Origin: Eledone cirrhosa
Lineage: Eukaryota
Assembly (NCBI GenBank): GCA_964016885.1
Contig: OZ024740.1
Span: 302,374,001 to 302,438,000 of the forward strand
DNA length: 64,000 nucleotides
Direction of reading: 5' to 3'
The notes below the pieces were generated by a model, which saw nothing but the letters and a program-made list of their open reading frames with translations, did not search any database and was not told the DNA's origin. Below, piece by piece: positions 37,803 through 48,069 of this stretch. Positions within the stretch are counted from its first letter, which is position 1. Every line of letters begins with the position of its first letter. The position numbers were made by a program, and so were the translations under genes.

Positions 37803-40800
37803 ATGACCTCACTCAGAATAGGCAGCATAAATGCGCGTGGCTTGGGGTCGTCATGGAAGCAGGGTCACCTGCTCAACGACCTCAGGTCACTAAACATAGA
37901 TGTAGTGGCCATCAGCGAGACCAGAATCTCCGAAGCACGGGCCTTCGCACCGATCTTCGGCGGCTACGATGTGTACGCATCTCCCAGCCGTCCTGGATCG
38001 GGTGGAGGAGTTGCTGTGCTTTTTCGGAGAGGTTTGGATCTCGCCATACGGGCCATCTTCCTGGACCCAGAGGGTAAGCTGGTGGTGCTGGACGTGACCA
38101 GCGGAGACGGGCAAGCTTTCAGGCTAGTGGCCGTCTATGCCCCGACAGGAGCAGGGCGGCCTGATTTCTTCCGGCGTCTGGAGACCTTTCTTGGAACGTC
38201 GCGCTCTTTAGTGTTAGTGGGCGACTGGAACGGGATCTTAGATGCACGCTGGGACTGTGTGGGATTAGCGGATAGGGGTGGAGGGTGCAAGAGCCTCACC
38301 AACCTGCTCAGGCGTTTTGAACTGTCTGACAGGTACCGATTGGATTTCCCGAATGTGCCAATGTGGACTTGGACAAACCGCATAGGGTCATCCAGATCAT
38401 ATCTAGATAGAGTATTTTGTAGGGAAATAGATAGGTCTAGCATAGGCTGTCCACAATTCAAGATAGTCAGCTACACGGACCACAAATTCGTGATCTGTGT
38501 GCTTGACTTAGATAGGCTTCATAGACGAGGACCCGGCTACTGGAAGCTAAACGCGTCCTTACCAGCGCGCAAGGCCTACAGAGACCGGATTAGCGAACTA
38601 GTTAAGCGGGCGTTGACGGGGGCCATCGTCAACAACAAGTGGTGGTTTGCTCTGAAAAGAGCGATTAGAATAGAATCGATTAGGTTTAGTAAGGCTTTAA
38701 CAATAGAGAAAAATAGAGCAGAGGGAGAACTAGTTAGAAAATTAGACGAGGCGCTTAGCAAAGGCATTGCGACCGACGTGCTTGCGGCGAAATTGGCCCT
38801 TGACCAATTCTTCAATGCAAAGCACGAAGGCTGCGTTGTCAGAGCTAGGGTGCGTGCTCTCAGACACGAGGGGACGAAAGCCGTTCAATGGGCCCGAGTG
38901 GCGGAGGCGCGTCGTGGCAACAAAGCCACGATCCGGTCTTTGGTGGACCACGACGGGCGCATGCTACTCGATCCCGGGCAAATGTGTGAAGCTTTTCAGC
39001 GACACTTCGCTCAGCTGTTCGGGGGCAGCGGGGGGCCGGGTAGAGGGATGGACTTTAGTGTCTACCTCGACGGACTGCCGCGGCTCTCGGCCACTGAGGC
39101 GAAGTGTTGCGAAAAGCCGATAACAGCCGCTGAAGTAAGGGAGGCAATGACTGGCTGCACAAGGGGTAAATCGCCTGGTTTGGATGGTCTGCCCTATGAA
39201 CTTTACGTACAGATGCCAGACTTGTTCGGAGGCCTCTTGGCGGACGTCTACTGCAACTGGCAACAGAACGGGAGAATTCCCAGTTCTGTGAGCCGAGGAG
39301 CGGTGGCACTGCTGAGAAAGGATCCGAACAAGGGGGATAACATAGACAATTTCCGGCCCATAACTCTGCTAAACACAGAGTTTAAGATTTTGGCCAAGGT
39401 GCTAGCAAAGAGGTTGGCGCTTGTCGTTGGTGGTCTGGTGGGAGAGGCGCAGACATGCGCCATTCCCGACAGATCCATCCACGACAACCTCCACCTCATG
39501 CGATACATCGTAGAGAGGGTAGCTAGGGAACCTGGCACGGGTGGGTCCTTGATCAATTTAGATCAGTCGAAAGCTTTCGATAGGGTCGACCATCGTTACC
39601 TAGCGGCAGTCCTGAGGGCGGCTGGCTTTGGGCCCGTCTTCAGAGGCTGGATCGCTGCCATGCACAGCGACATCTGCTCTGTGGTGAGAGTGAACGGTCA
39701 CCTGTCGGAACCGTTCAACATCATGCGCTCGGTCCGCCAAGGATGTCCCCTCTCGTCCCTCTTGTACGTATTGACTCTCGAGCCATTACTGCACAAACTG
39801 GAGACGTTGAGGGGAGTCCCGCGCGAACTAGGATGCGGAAGATCCGTGTCAGCATATGCGGACGATGTCACCGTAGTGGTGTCGAACGCCAAACACATCG
39901 AGGCGATCGGCACTACACTAAGAGAATACGAAGCGGTGACAGGAGCAATGATCAACCAGGAAAAGTCAGTGGGCCTGCAGCTCGGCACCTGGAGAGGCAG
40001 GTCCATGCCGTCCAACAGCGTCGTCGGGCGCTGGACGGACGGACCGGTTAAATTGCTAGGGGTCTGGTTCGGTCCGGACCTCCAGACGGACAAAAACTGG
40101 GACGAGGTGACGAGCAGGGTGGCTTCTCTCACCCAGAAATGGGCGGAGAGGAAGCTATCCCTGAAAGGTCGAGCGGAGGTGGCTAACGCGTACATCGCGT
40201 CTGTCATCTGCTACCGCCTAACCGTCGTACCTTGTCCTAAGCCTCGCCTGACTGCGCTGGAGCGTTTGCTCTTTCGCTTTTTGTGGAAGGGACGTGCTCC
40301 GATGGTCAGGCGGTCCATCTGTTGTCAACACCCGCTACGTGGAGGGCTGGGCATGCCGTGGCTGATGATGCGCAGGCACGCGCTCAGGCTACGACATCTC
40401 CACCTCTTCCTCGACGGTGATCAGGTGTGGTCGCCGTTTGCTAGACGCGTTTTTCCCCAGCTCGTTTCCTTGACGGAGCTGCAGTCCTGGGTCAAGCGAA
40501 GACCGAGAGGGAGCGCCTGGAGACTGGAATGTCTTCAGGCGCTCACAGCCCTCGACCAATCGGGCAATGTGATCGGTGGAAACTCCACCTCGGCGTTCTA
40601 TAGAGGATTAGTGGAGGGGAAGAGCGACGACGTACTTGGGGAAACTCTAGGCGTCGACGAAAATCAACTAGCCAATCTCTTCGGAAGAACTTTCGGGCCA
40701 GGGCCTATGGACAACTTCCAGAAATCTCTGGCCTGGCAGTGCTACCGAGGAGCCTTGCCAGTTCGGGATAAACTCTACAGGCATGGAGGTGCCGTCAGCC

Positions 40801-41222
40801 GGGCATGTCCGAGATGCGCGCAGGGCGACGAAACCGTCCTGCACGCACTCGTCCAGTGTCCGAAAATTGCTGACTTGTGGGTTTATGTCGAACACCTGCT
40901 GTCGCGTTTAGGACGGATCCAGCTATCATCTGAGTCTATCGTGAGGATTACCCCGCCCTCCTCCTTTAGCCGGGAAGGGCAGGCAGTTTTTATCTGTCTG
41001 GTGGCCATGGCGAAAGAGATAGTATGGTGGACACGTTTGAAAGGGCTGAAGACGAGCACTTACCTCTTCGGTGATGCTCTGATTGACTTTTTCAAATTTC
41101 ATTTGAAAAGGAAAATCAGAGTAGAGAAGGAAGTGCTCTCTTCCCAGCATTTTGTTGAAAGATGGGTGAGAGAAGCAAGAATGGCCCGAGTGAATGGGCC
41201 GACTCTGAGTATATATCTGTAA
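37803..41222 (+). CDS. Tx1 ORF2: AP endonuclease, reverse transcriptase and CCHC finger (1139 aa)
   Basis: SINARGL, ISET, VYAP, GDWN, YLDR, TDH, GYWKLN; KSPGLDG, NFRPITLLN, LDQSKAFDRV, VRQGCPLS, AYADD; CPRCAQGDETVLHALVQC. Confidence 0.97.
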   Translation: MTSLRIGSINARGLGSSWKQGHLLNDLRSLNIDVVAISETRISEARAFAPIFGGYDVYASPSRPGSGGGVAVLFRRGLDLAIRAIFLDPEGKLVVLDVTSGDGQAFRLVAVYAPTGAGRPDFFRRLETFLGTSRSLVLVGDWNGILDARWDCVGLADRGGGCKSLTNLLRRFELSDRYRLDFPNVPMWTWTNRIGSSRSYLDRVFCREIDRSSIGCPQFKIVSYTDHKFVICVLDLDRLHRRGPGYWKLNASLPARKAYRDRISELVKRALTGAIVNNKWWFALKRAIRIESIRFSKALTIEKNRAEGELVRKLDEALSKGIATDVLAAKLALDQFFNAKHEGCVVRARVRALRHEGTKAVQWARVAEARRGNKATIRSLVDHDGRMLLDPGQMCEAFQRHFAQLFGGSGGPGRGMDFSVYLDGLPRLSATEAKCCEKPITAAEVREAMTGCTRGKSPGLDGLPYELYVQMPDLFGGLLADVYCNWQQNGRIPSSVSRGAVALLRKDPNKGDNIDNFRPITLLNTEFKILAKVLAKRLALVVGGLVGEAQTCAIPDRSIHDNLHLMRYIVERVAREPGTGGSLINLDQSKAFDRVDHRYLAAVLRAAGFGPVFRGWIAAMHSDICSVVRVNGHLSEPFNIMRSVRQGCPLSSLLYVLTLEPLLHKLETLRGVPRELGCGRSVSAYADDVTVVVSNAKHIEAIGTTLREYEAVTGAMINQEKSVGLQLGTWRGRSMPSNSVVGRWTDGPVKLLGVWFGPDLQTDKNWDEVTSRVASLTQKWAERKLSLKGRAEVANAYIASVICYRLTVVPCPKPRLTALERLLFRFLWKGRAPMVRRSICCQHPLRGGLGMPWLMMRRHALRLRHLHLFLDGDQVWSPFARRVFPQLVSLTELQSWVKRRPRGSAWRLECLQALTALDQSGNVIGGNSTSAFYRGLVEGKSDDVLGETLGVDENQLANLFGRTFGPGPMDNFQKSLAWQCYRGALPVRDKLYRHGGAVSRACPRCAQGDETVLHALVQCPKIADLWVYVEHLLSRLGRIQLSSESIVRITPPSSFSREGQAVFICLVAMAKEIVWWTRLKGLKTSTYLFGDALIDFFKFHLKRKIRVEKEVLSSQHFVERWVREARMARVNGPTLSIYL

Positions 41223-41483
41223 ACTAAAGGTGGAAAACTGGGAGAGGGCACTTGCCTTGGTGGTCAGGGTCATTGTGGCTTTTTACTGGGCTTTCTCCAC
41301 AAATGTCCCTCCGAAGTCTCCCCCCTATTGGGGAATTTTTCATTGTTATTTTCATTGTTATTTTTGTTACATCCTCTATTTTTGTTTTTTTTACACGCAG
41401 AAATGCCCATTTGTACCGTCCTGCATTGTCCTGCACTGTCCTTAATGTCTACTTTATGTAAACCCTTGTGGTTAATAAAGAAA

Positions 41484-41560
<77 letters not shown>

Positions 41561-41569
41561 ACTTCTCAA

Positions 41570-42530
41570 AATTGCAGTTTACATAGTCCGTTCTCAGTTA
41601 TTGTACTCAGGCTGCGAAAATAAGGTCTTTAGTAGTTTCAAATTCGAAGTCGCTTTGCCAGTTTTCCATTTCCAGTTTTTATTTTGTCAACTGTCTCAGG
41701 CATTTCACGCAAGAAATGACCATGCATTTAGTTTCTTATTGTATATTCAAGGTGTCATTCAGTCTGTCTTGTTTAAATTCTCCTTTTCCCTTTGACTCAT
41801 CACTGCTTAGGACCTTTGTCTTTCTTACTCCTGCCACCAATCTTTTCTTTTGAATTTTTTACATAGTATAGGAGATTATTTTCCACCAACTTCACATTTA
41901 TTTCAGAGCGATTGAGTCGCCTTTCCACGTCTCTGTCGTGATAGATACATATACACGTCACTTGTGTTGTAGTGTAATCATATTCCTGTTCTTTCTGTCA
42001 ATCTCCTTACGTTCATCACATCACCGCTCTACCAGATCACCACTATAATTTAGAAATGTAATGGCCTAGGTGTTGATAACCAGTATCTTATTCCTACCAC
42101 TTAACTTTGTATTTAACACCAATTTCAGTCTCCGTTGTCTAGTTGGTAATACAATTGCTGCCACTTTATCAAATCTACCTCGCTTCAGTAGCAGCAGCCC
42201 ACACTTTTCTATGTAAAATTCCATTCTTATGTCCGTACTGAGTTTATGAAATGTTCAAAGGATTTCCTTTGAACAGGAGGTAGATTATTTTAACCTTGCG
42301 TCTTCCTCACTCATAATCAACATTTGAGCTTCTGAACACTAATAAAATTGGAACCATACATAATACAAACATCAAAGATGAAAAGTTTTCTCCATGGAAT
42401 ATTCCTCGCTTAATATTCACAACTCTCAATATCTGTCTACATGATGTCAGCTCAGTCTTGCAGCCATCCATACTGCTAACCAGAACTGTCTAACGTTAGC
42501 TGAAAAACATTTCCAAACATTCATTTTTCG
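41570..42530 (-). mobile_element. old, heavily decayed RT remnant of R4/Dong type
   Basis: Minus-strand fragments VNIKRGIFHGE (~42390-42420) and STDIRMEF (~42215-42240) resemble VKIKRGIFQGD and SSDICMQF of copies A and E. Confidence 0.6.
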
Positions 42531-43319
42531 GATATAACGGTTTGATTGATGATTTATTTCCTAGCTCACACTGTATTTTGTTTTCTCATTCTATGTTTTG
42601 ATTTGAAGATCTATGGTGATTTGTATTTAATCAAAGATTATTTCAATTTTTCTTCACGGTAAGTGAATGTAATTAATTATTGTTTCGTTAGTATTGATCA
42701 ACAAATAAATTTTTAAAAGATCATCCCCCCAAAACCTTAATTTAATATTTTGTTCATAATGATGTATAGGGTACATTTACAACCAGGTACTGGCTTCCGC
42801 AGAGACCTGGTTGTAAACCAACCATTTCAACTACTTTTTACACGGCTTAGAAAAGATGCATGGCCGGTGCTATCAGTGTGTGTATCTTAGAATGACTATG
42901 TTGAATAAAATCATAATTATCTGATAATTAAATCATAATTATCTTTTATCAAAAGCCCGAAACGTTTCGTTTCAACTCTCACTCGTAAATATTTATGTAT
43001 AGCTGTGCATAGAATGCATTCGTTTAAATGCATACATATATATATCTGAGTAAACATATTATATATATATATATATGTGTGTGTGTGTGCGCGCGCATGT
43101 AACAATATACATAGGCGTGAAAAAGGAAAAAGGAAAATAGTGCTGAATCGGGAAGAGAGCAAATATTATATTGTTTATTTATTGCGTACACACAACAAAT
43201 GCGCAACCTAAATGTTCAAGGCTCAATATTTACCATATCTCCAGCCCATTATACGATTTCATAAGATACCGTCAAAAGTAATGCATGATAGTTACATACA
43301 TATTTCGACAGTTGAAGGG

Positions 43320-43523
43320 CTTTCGTCAAATCGGAGCGAGGAAACAATGTTTCCATTAGTCTTTCCAATTGCTAATACTATCTATCGGTCGCAACTCCAG
43401 GTAGATGGAGCAACGTGAAATAATGTGTCTAGCTCAAGGACATAACGTATCGCCCAGTCCAGGAATCGAACTTACAACCTCACGATTGCGAATCCAATTC
43501 TCTTCCCACTCAGCCACGCGCCT
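43320..43523 (-). mobile_element. tRNA-derived SINE, second family (CORE-like)
   Basis: Minus-strand head GGCGCGTGGCTGAGTGG (box A) ... AGTTCGATTCC (box B), followed by TGTCCTTGAGCTAGACAC. Confidence 0.75.
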
Positions 43524-43524
43524 T

Positions 43525-43745
<221 letters not shown>

Positions 43746-43747
43746 GA

Positions 43748-44007
43748 ATCGAATCTATATTAGAGCAACATGCATATCAAGGAATCAGACACTAAAAGTG
43801 GATTCGGCAAGGAAAACGATTTAAGGTTATAACTTATATAAATATATACTGTAATTATGTGGTTAATAATCCGGAATAATATCAACTCAATTATATTTTA
43901 ATCAATAACTTTACTCCTATTATCTGCCCTATAAGATCATTAAACAGGTTGTAATGTATTTTAGAGTAAAACCACAAACACTCATACACACATATATTAT
44001 ATATATT

Positions 44008-44010
<3 letters not shown>
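43748..44010. repeat. left arm of a ~260-bp inverted repeat (partner 53371-53624)
   Basis: AATCGAATCTATATTAGAGC...CCACAAACACTCATA...TATATTTGT is the reverse complement of 53371-53624 with a few differences. Confidence 0.92.
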
Positions 44011-44068
<58 letters not shown>

Positions 44069-44284
44069 CGTTTCTGAATTTGTTTAGCAAGATTCTTTAT
44101 CTGAAATCGTGTGTTGAAACCGATATTTTCATACTTTGGGAGGGTCATGTTGCCAATAAGAAACACACGCACCAGTTGCTTTCACTTCAATTTATTATAT
44201 ATTTATAAATTTATAAATTTACAAATCTACAAATTTATAAATTTCTGGTTGGTTGGTTCCACAACCAGATAGTTGTTTATATAT

Positions 44285-44329
44285 AGTCATAGTCCTTTCG
44301 TCACACACTCTGTGACCTCTTCAGTGACT
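44285..44329 (-). ncRNA. minimal type I hammerhead ribozyme in the inverted pLTR
   Basis: Exact reverse complement of 45272-45316. Confidence 0.75.
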
Positions 44330-45271
44330 GGGGATTCCTTTCTTTGTTTCTGTGCCTTTCCTTTCTTCTGTCCTACGTCTTTTTTGTTTCTGTGTGTGTA
44401 TTGTGTGCTCAGTTTGCGCATGTGCCACATACCTGCCCCTTGTATAGGAGCAAATTTTGGAATAAAATAGAAAGAACTAGGAACAAGGCCAATAGAATAA
44501 ACTCATGGTATAATAGCAATAAATACCAGAGTGTAATGTTCATCGATACAACCCCTAGAGGCGAACTAGACTACAAATTTAGAAGGGCCCTAAATAAACA
44601 TAAACTCAATATTAAGATAGTAGAAAGACCAGGTACCTCCGTAAAAACACTTATTAGCAAGACATACCCGTTCCAAAGACCCTCATGTATAGATAAGAAA
44701 TGTATAACCTGTAATATAAGCCCCCATATTAACTGTAAAACTAGAAATGTAGTGTATAGCATAAGATGTACTGAAGGACAATGTAGAAACAAAAATATAG
44801 TGTACATAGGTGAGACAGCTCGTAGTATAGGGGAACGGATAAATGAACACTGGCGAGACCTTCAAGATAATAAAGAATCATCTGTACTCTACCAACATGC
44901 TAAGATATAACACAAGGGTAAATTAGAGAACAGAAATAAAAATAGAATCTACACACAGAAAAGATGCAATGTTTAGACAAATTACAGAGGCAGTAAACAT
45001 AAAAGAATTACAACCAAAATTAAATAGCAAATATGAGTGGAACAGCAACATCACAACTTACACTTAAGGACAAAATGAAAACACACACACACATAGAACA
45101 AACAACCAACCAACAACATGTAAATAAATAAACAAATAGATAAATGAACACAAACACACACAGACACCCGGATGTGGCGCATGCGCAAACTGAGCACACA
45201 ACACACACACAGAAACAAAATGGCGTAGGACAGAAGAAAGGAAAGGCACAGAAACAAAGAAAGGAATCCCC

Positions 45272-45316
45272 AGTCACTGAAGAGGTCACAGAGTGTGTGA
45301 CGAAAGGACTATGACT
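45272..45316 (+). ncRNA. minimal type I hammerhead ribozyme in the pLTR
   Basis: AGTCA-CTGAAGA-G-[GTCACA gagtg TGTGAC]-GAAA-GGAC-TA-TGACT. Confidence 0.78.
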
Positions 45317-45428
45317 ATATATAAACAACTATCTGGTTGTGGAACCAACCAACCAACCAGAAATTTATAAATTTGTTGATTTGTAAATTTATAAATTTAT
45401 AAATATATAATAAATTGAAGTGAAAGCA

Positions 45429-45474
45429 ACTGGTGCGTGTGTTTCTTATTGGCAACATGACCCTCCCAAAGTAT

Positions 45475-45510
<36 letters not shown>

Positions 45511-45556
45511 ATACTTTGGGAGGGTCATGTTGCCAATAAGAAACACACGCACCAGT
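45429..45556. repeat. perfect ~128-bp palindrome centred on (TA)n
   Basis: ACTGGTGCGTGTG...AAAGTATAACA (AT)n TGTTATACTTT...CACACGCACCAGT. Confidence 0.93.
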
Positions 45557-45620
45557 ATAACAATATCGGTTTCAACACACGATTTCAGATAAAGAATATT
45601 GCTAAACAAATTCAGAAACG

Positions 45621-45658
<38 letters not shown>

Positions 45659-45662
<4 letters not shown>

Positions 45663-45698
45663 GTTTCTACTTTAGGCACAAGGCCAGCAATTACCCAG
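45659..45698 (-). mobile_element. SINE 3'-end fragment
   Basis: AATTGTTTCTACTTTAGGCACAAGGCCAGCAATTACCCAG is the reverse complement of the SINE tail. Confidence 0.75.
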
Positions 45699-45884
45699 AT
45701 ATATATAATAATAATAATAAGGGTTGACGGACACATATACCGCCTCCGTGGTATTTTCTTCGTGGTTATAAGAGGCTTAGCTCTGTTTCTCGACCGTTAT
45801 ATCGCGTGACTATCTCCCCCTCCGCCTTTTGGGATTCTTTCTCACGTCGTGTAGACGCGTTCTTGAGACTAGTAAAATGAGGTA

Positions 45885-45972
45885 TCCTCTTGATAAATCG
45901 GCAGACCTCGCAAAGACTCTATATCTTTGATATATTGTTTTTGTTTATGCCACGAAACTACGTAGTCGAGGA
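45885..45972 (+). ncRNA. variant type I hammerhead ribozyme, unit 1 (G10.1>A at 45897)
   Basis: TCCTC-TTGATAA-ATCGGCA...TGCCAC-GAAA-CTACGTAG-TC-GAGGA. Confidence 0.6.
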
Positions 45973-46475
45973 ATTTAGGAACAGTTTAGGTATGATACAT
46001 TTTATTACTAATTATATCTAAATGTTTCTTCTCTCTTCATAATGTATTTTTAACTCTGATACTGGTTCAGTCTGGTTCAAACTGAATTGGTCTGTCCCAG
46101 TCATTCATTGAGCAACATCGGTGAAGTTGGCACCCTTAACTCACAGTTGGGTGCGGATGCATTCATGTATATATGTGTGTGTCCGCATGTATCTGTGTGT
46201 TTCTAAATATATTAATAACTCCCTCTGGTCGAGCAATCTTTGAAGTGTGGGGACAACTGGAAAGCTTCCATTACTCATACTTCTCGCCTTCTTCACTACC
46301 TCTTCTACGGCCTCGATATGAATACCCCCTCCGCCTCCGTGGTATTTTCTTCGTGGTTATAAGAGGCTTAGCTCTGTTTCTCGACCGTTATATCGCGTGA
46401 CTATCTACCCCTCCGCCTTTTGGGATTCTTTCTCACGTCGTGTAGACGCGTTCTTGAGACTAGTAAAATGAGGTA

Positions 46476-46563
46476 TCCTCTTGATAAGTCGGCAGACCTC
46501 GCAAAGACTCTATATCTTTGATATATTGTTTTTGTTTATGCCACGAAACTACGTAGTCGAGGA
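46476..46563 (+). ncRNA. variant type I hammerhead ribozyme, unit 2
   Basis: Stem I TCCTC/GAGGA, core TTGATAA (U3-A8), stem II GTcGGCA/TGCCAC, GAAA, stem III ACTACGTAGT, GUC cleavage triplet. Confidence 0.75.
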
Positions 46564-47066
46564 ATTTAGGAACAGTTTAGGTATGATACATTTTATTACT
46601 AATTATATCTAAATGTTTCTTCTCTCTTCATAATGTATTTTTAACTCTGATACTGGTTCAGTCTGGTTCAAACTGAATTGGTCTGTCCCAGTCATTCATT
46701 GAGCAACATCGGTGAAGTTGGCACCCTTAACTCACAGTTGGGTGCGGATGCATTCATGTATATATGTGTGTGTCCGCATGTATCTGTGTGTTTCTAAATA
46801 TATTAATAACTCCCTCTGGTCGAGCAATCTTTGAAGTGTGGGGACAACTGGAAAGCTTCCATTACTCATACTTCTCGCCTTCTTCACTACCTCTTCTACG
46901 GCCTCGATATGAATACCCCCTCCGCCTCCGTGGTATTTTCTTCGTGGTTATAAGAGGCTTAGCTCTGTTTCTCGACCGTTATATCGCGTGACTATCTACC
47001 CCTCCGCCTTTTGGGATTCTTTCTCACGTCGTGTAGACGCGTTCTTGAGACTAGTAAAATGAGGTA

Positions 47067-47154
47067 TCCTCTTGATAAGTCGGCAGACCTCGCAAAGACT
47101 CTATATCTTTGATATATTGTTTTTGTTTATGCCACGAAACTACGTAGTCGAGGA
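47067..47154 (+). ncRNA. variant type I hammerhead ribozyme, unit 3
   Basis: Identical to unit 2. Confidence 0.75.
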
Positions 47155-47657
47155 ATTTAGGAACAGTTTAGGTATGATACATTTTATTACTAATTATATC
47201 TAAATGTTTCTTCTCTCTTCATAATGTATTTTTAACTCTGATACTGGTTCAGTCTGGTTCAAACTGAATTGGTCTGTCCCAGTCATTCATTGAGCAACAT
47301 CGGTGAAGTTGGCACCCTTAACTCACAGTTGGGTGCGGATGCATTCATGTATATATGTGTGTGTCCGCATGTATCTGTGTGTTTCTAAATATATTAATAA
47401 CTCCCTCTGGTCGAGCAATCTTTGAAGTGTGGGGACAACTGGAAAGCTTCCATTACTCATACTTCTCGCCTTCTTCACTACCTCTTCTACGGCCTCGATA
47501 TGAATACCCCCTCCGCCTCCGTGGTATTTTCTTCGTGGTTATAAGAGGCTTAGCTCTGTTTCTCGACCGTTATATCGCGTGACTATCTCCCCCTCCGCCT
47601 TTTGGGATTCTTTCTCACGTCGTGTAGACGCGTTCTTGAGACTAGTAAAATGAGGTA

Positions 47658-47745
47658 TCCTCTTGATAAGTCGGCAGACCTCACAAAGACTCTATATCTT
47701 TGATATATTGTTTTTGTTTATGCCACGAAACTACGTAGTCGAGGA
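47658..47745 (+). ncRNA. variant type I hammerhead ribozyme, unit 4
   Basis: As unit 2 except G>A at 47683. Confidence 0.75.
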
Positions 47746-47877
47746 ATTTAGGAACAGTTTAGGTATGATACATTTTATTACTAATTATATCTAAATGTTT
47801 CTTCTCTCTTCATAATGTATATATATATATATATATGTAAACATGTAAGTATGTTTTTGAAACGGTGCGCGAGTTTG

Positions 47878-48069
47878 AAATTAGAAATTCTAAGCTTTCA
47901 CCGTATAAAGAAATTTCTAGCCTGATAGTGGGGTTTATAACACTCGGAGAAATGGAAAAAGATGAGTGTTGCCGTACCTTTTTCCATTTCTCCGAGGGTT
48001 ATAAACCCCACTATCAGGCTAGAAATTTCTTTAGTCTAAAATACTGTGAAAGCTTGTAATTTCTAATTT
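47878..48069. repeat. ~190-bp foldback inverted repeat between (TA)n tracts
   Basis: Arms 47878-47961 and 47978-48069 with a 16-nt spacer. The inner ~55 bp are nearly perfect. Confidence 0.9.

Larger units (their letters stand above)
35458..41485 (+). mobile_element. Tx1-clade LINE, full-length with both ORFs intact (copy T4)
   Basis: 5' UTR, ORF1, 35-nt spacer, ORF2, 3' UTR with AATAAA, long pure (ATT)n tail at 41486-41559, and (ATT)n 5' flank. Confidence 0.96.
44066..45623 (+). mobile_element. 5'-truncated Penelope-like element with inverted pseudo-LTR (possibly Naiad-type)
   Basis: GIY-YIG fragment CIDKKCITC..NCKTRNVVYSIRC..C..VYIGETARSIGERINEH. Arm 44066-44430 is the reverse complement of 45172-45623. 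(TA)n lies on both sides. Confidence 0.9.
45740..47820 (+). repeat. 591-bp tandem array, ~3.5 near-identical copies (candidate retrozyme)
   Basis: Units start CCGCCTCCGTGG at 45740, 46331, 46922 and 47513. The array ends in (TA)n and has one hammerhead per unit. Confidence 0.95.

Noticed and set aside
45721-45740. GGTTGACGGA shared between the array junction and the Tx1 5' end (30359, 35467)
   Set aside because: The match is only 10 nt and could be chance, so it is not enough to claim a link.
46173-46400. 75-aa ORF repeated in each 591-bp unit
   Set aside because: It starts in a TG-rich stretch, has no recognisable domain, and its identity between copies only reflects the tandem repeat. No coding evidence.
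45740-47820. CRISPR array or rDNA/snRNA tandem gene cluster
   Set aside because: There are no variable spacers and no recognisable rRNA, snRNA or tRNA sequence, and the context is eukaryotic.
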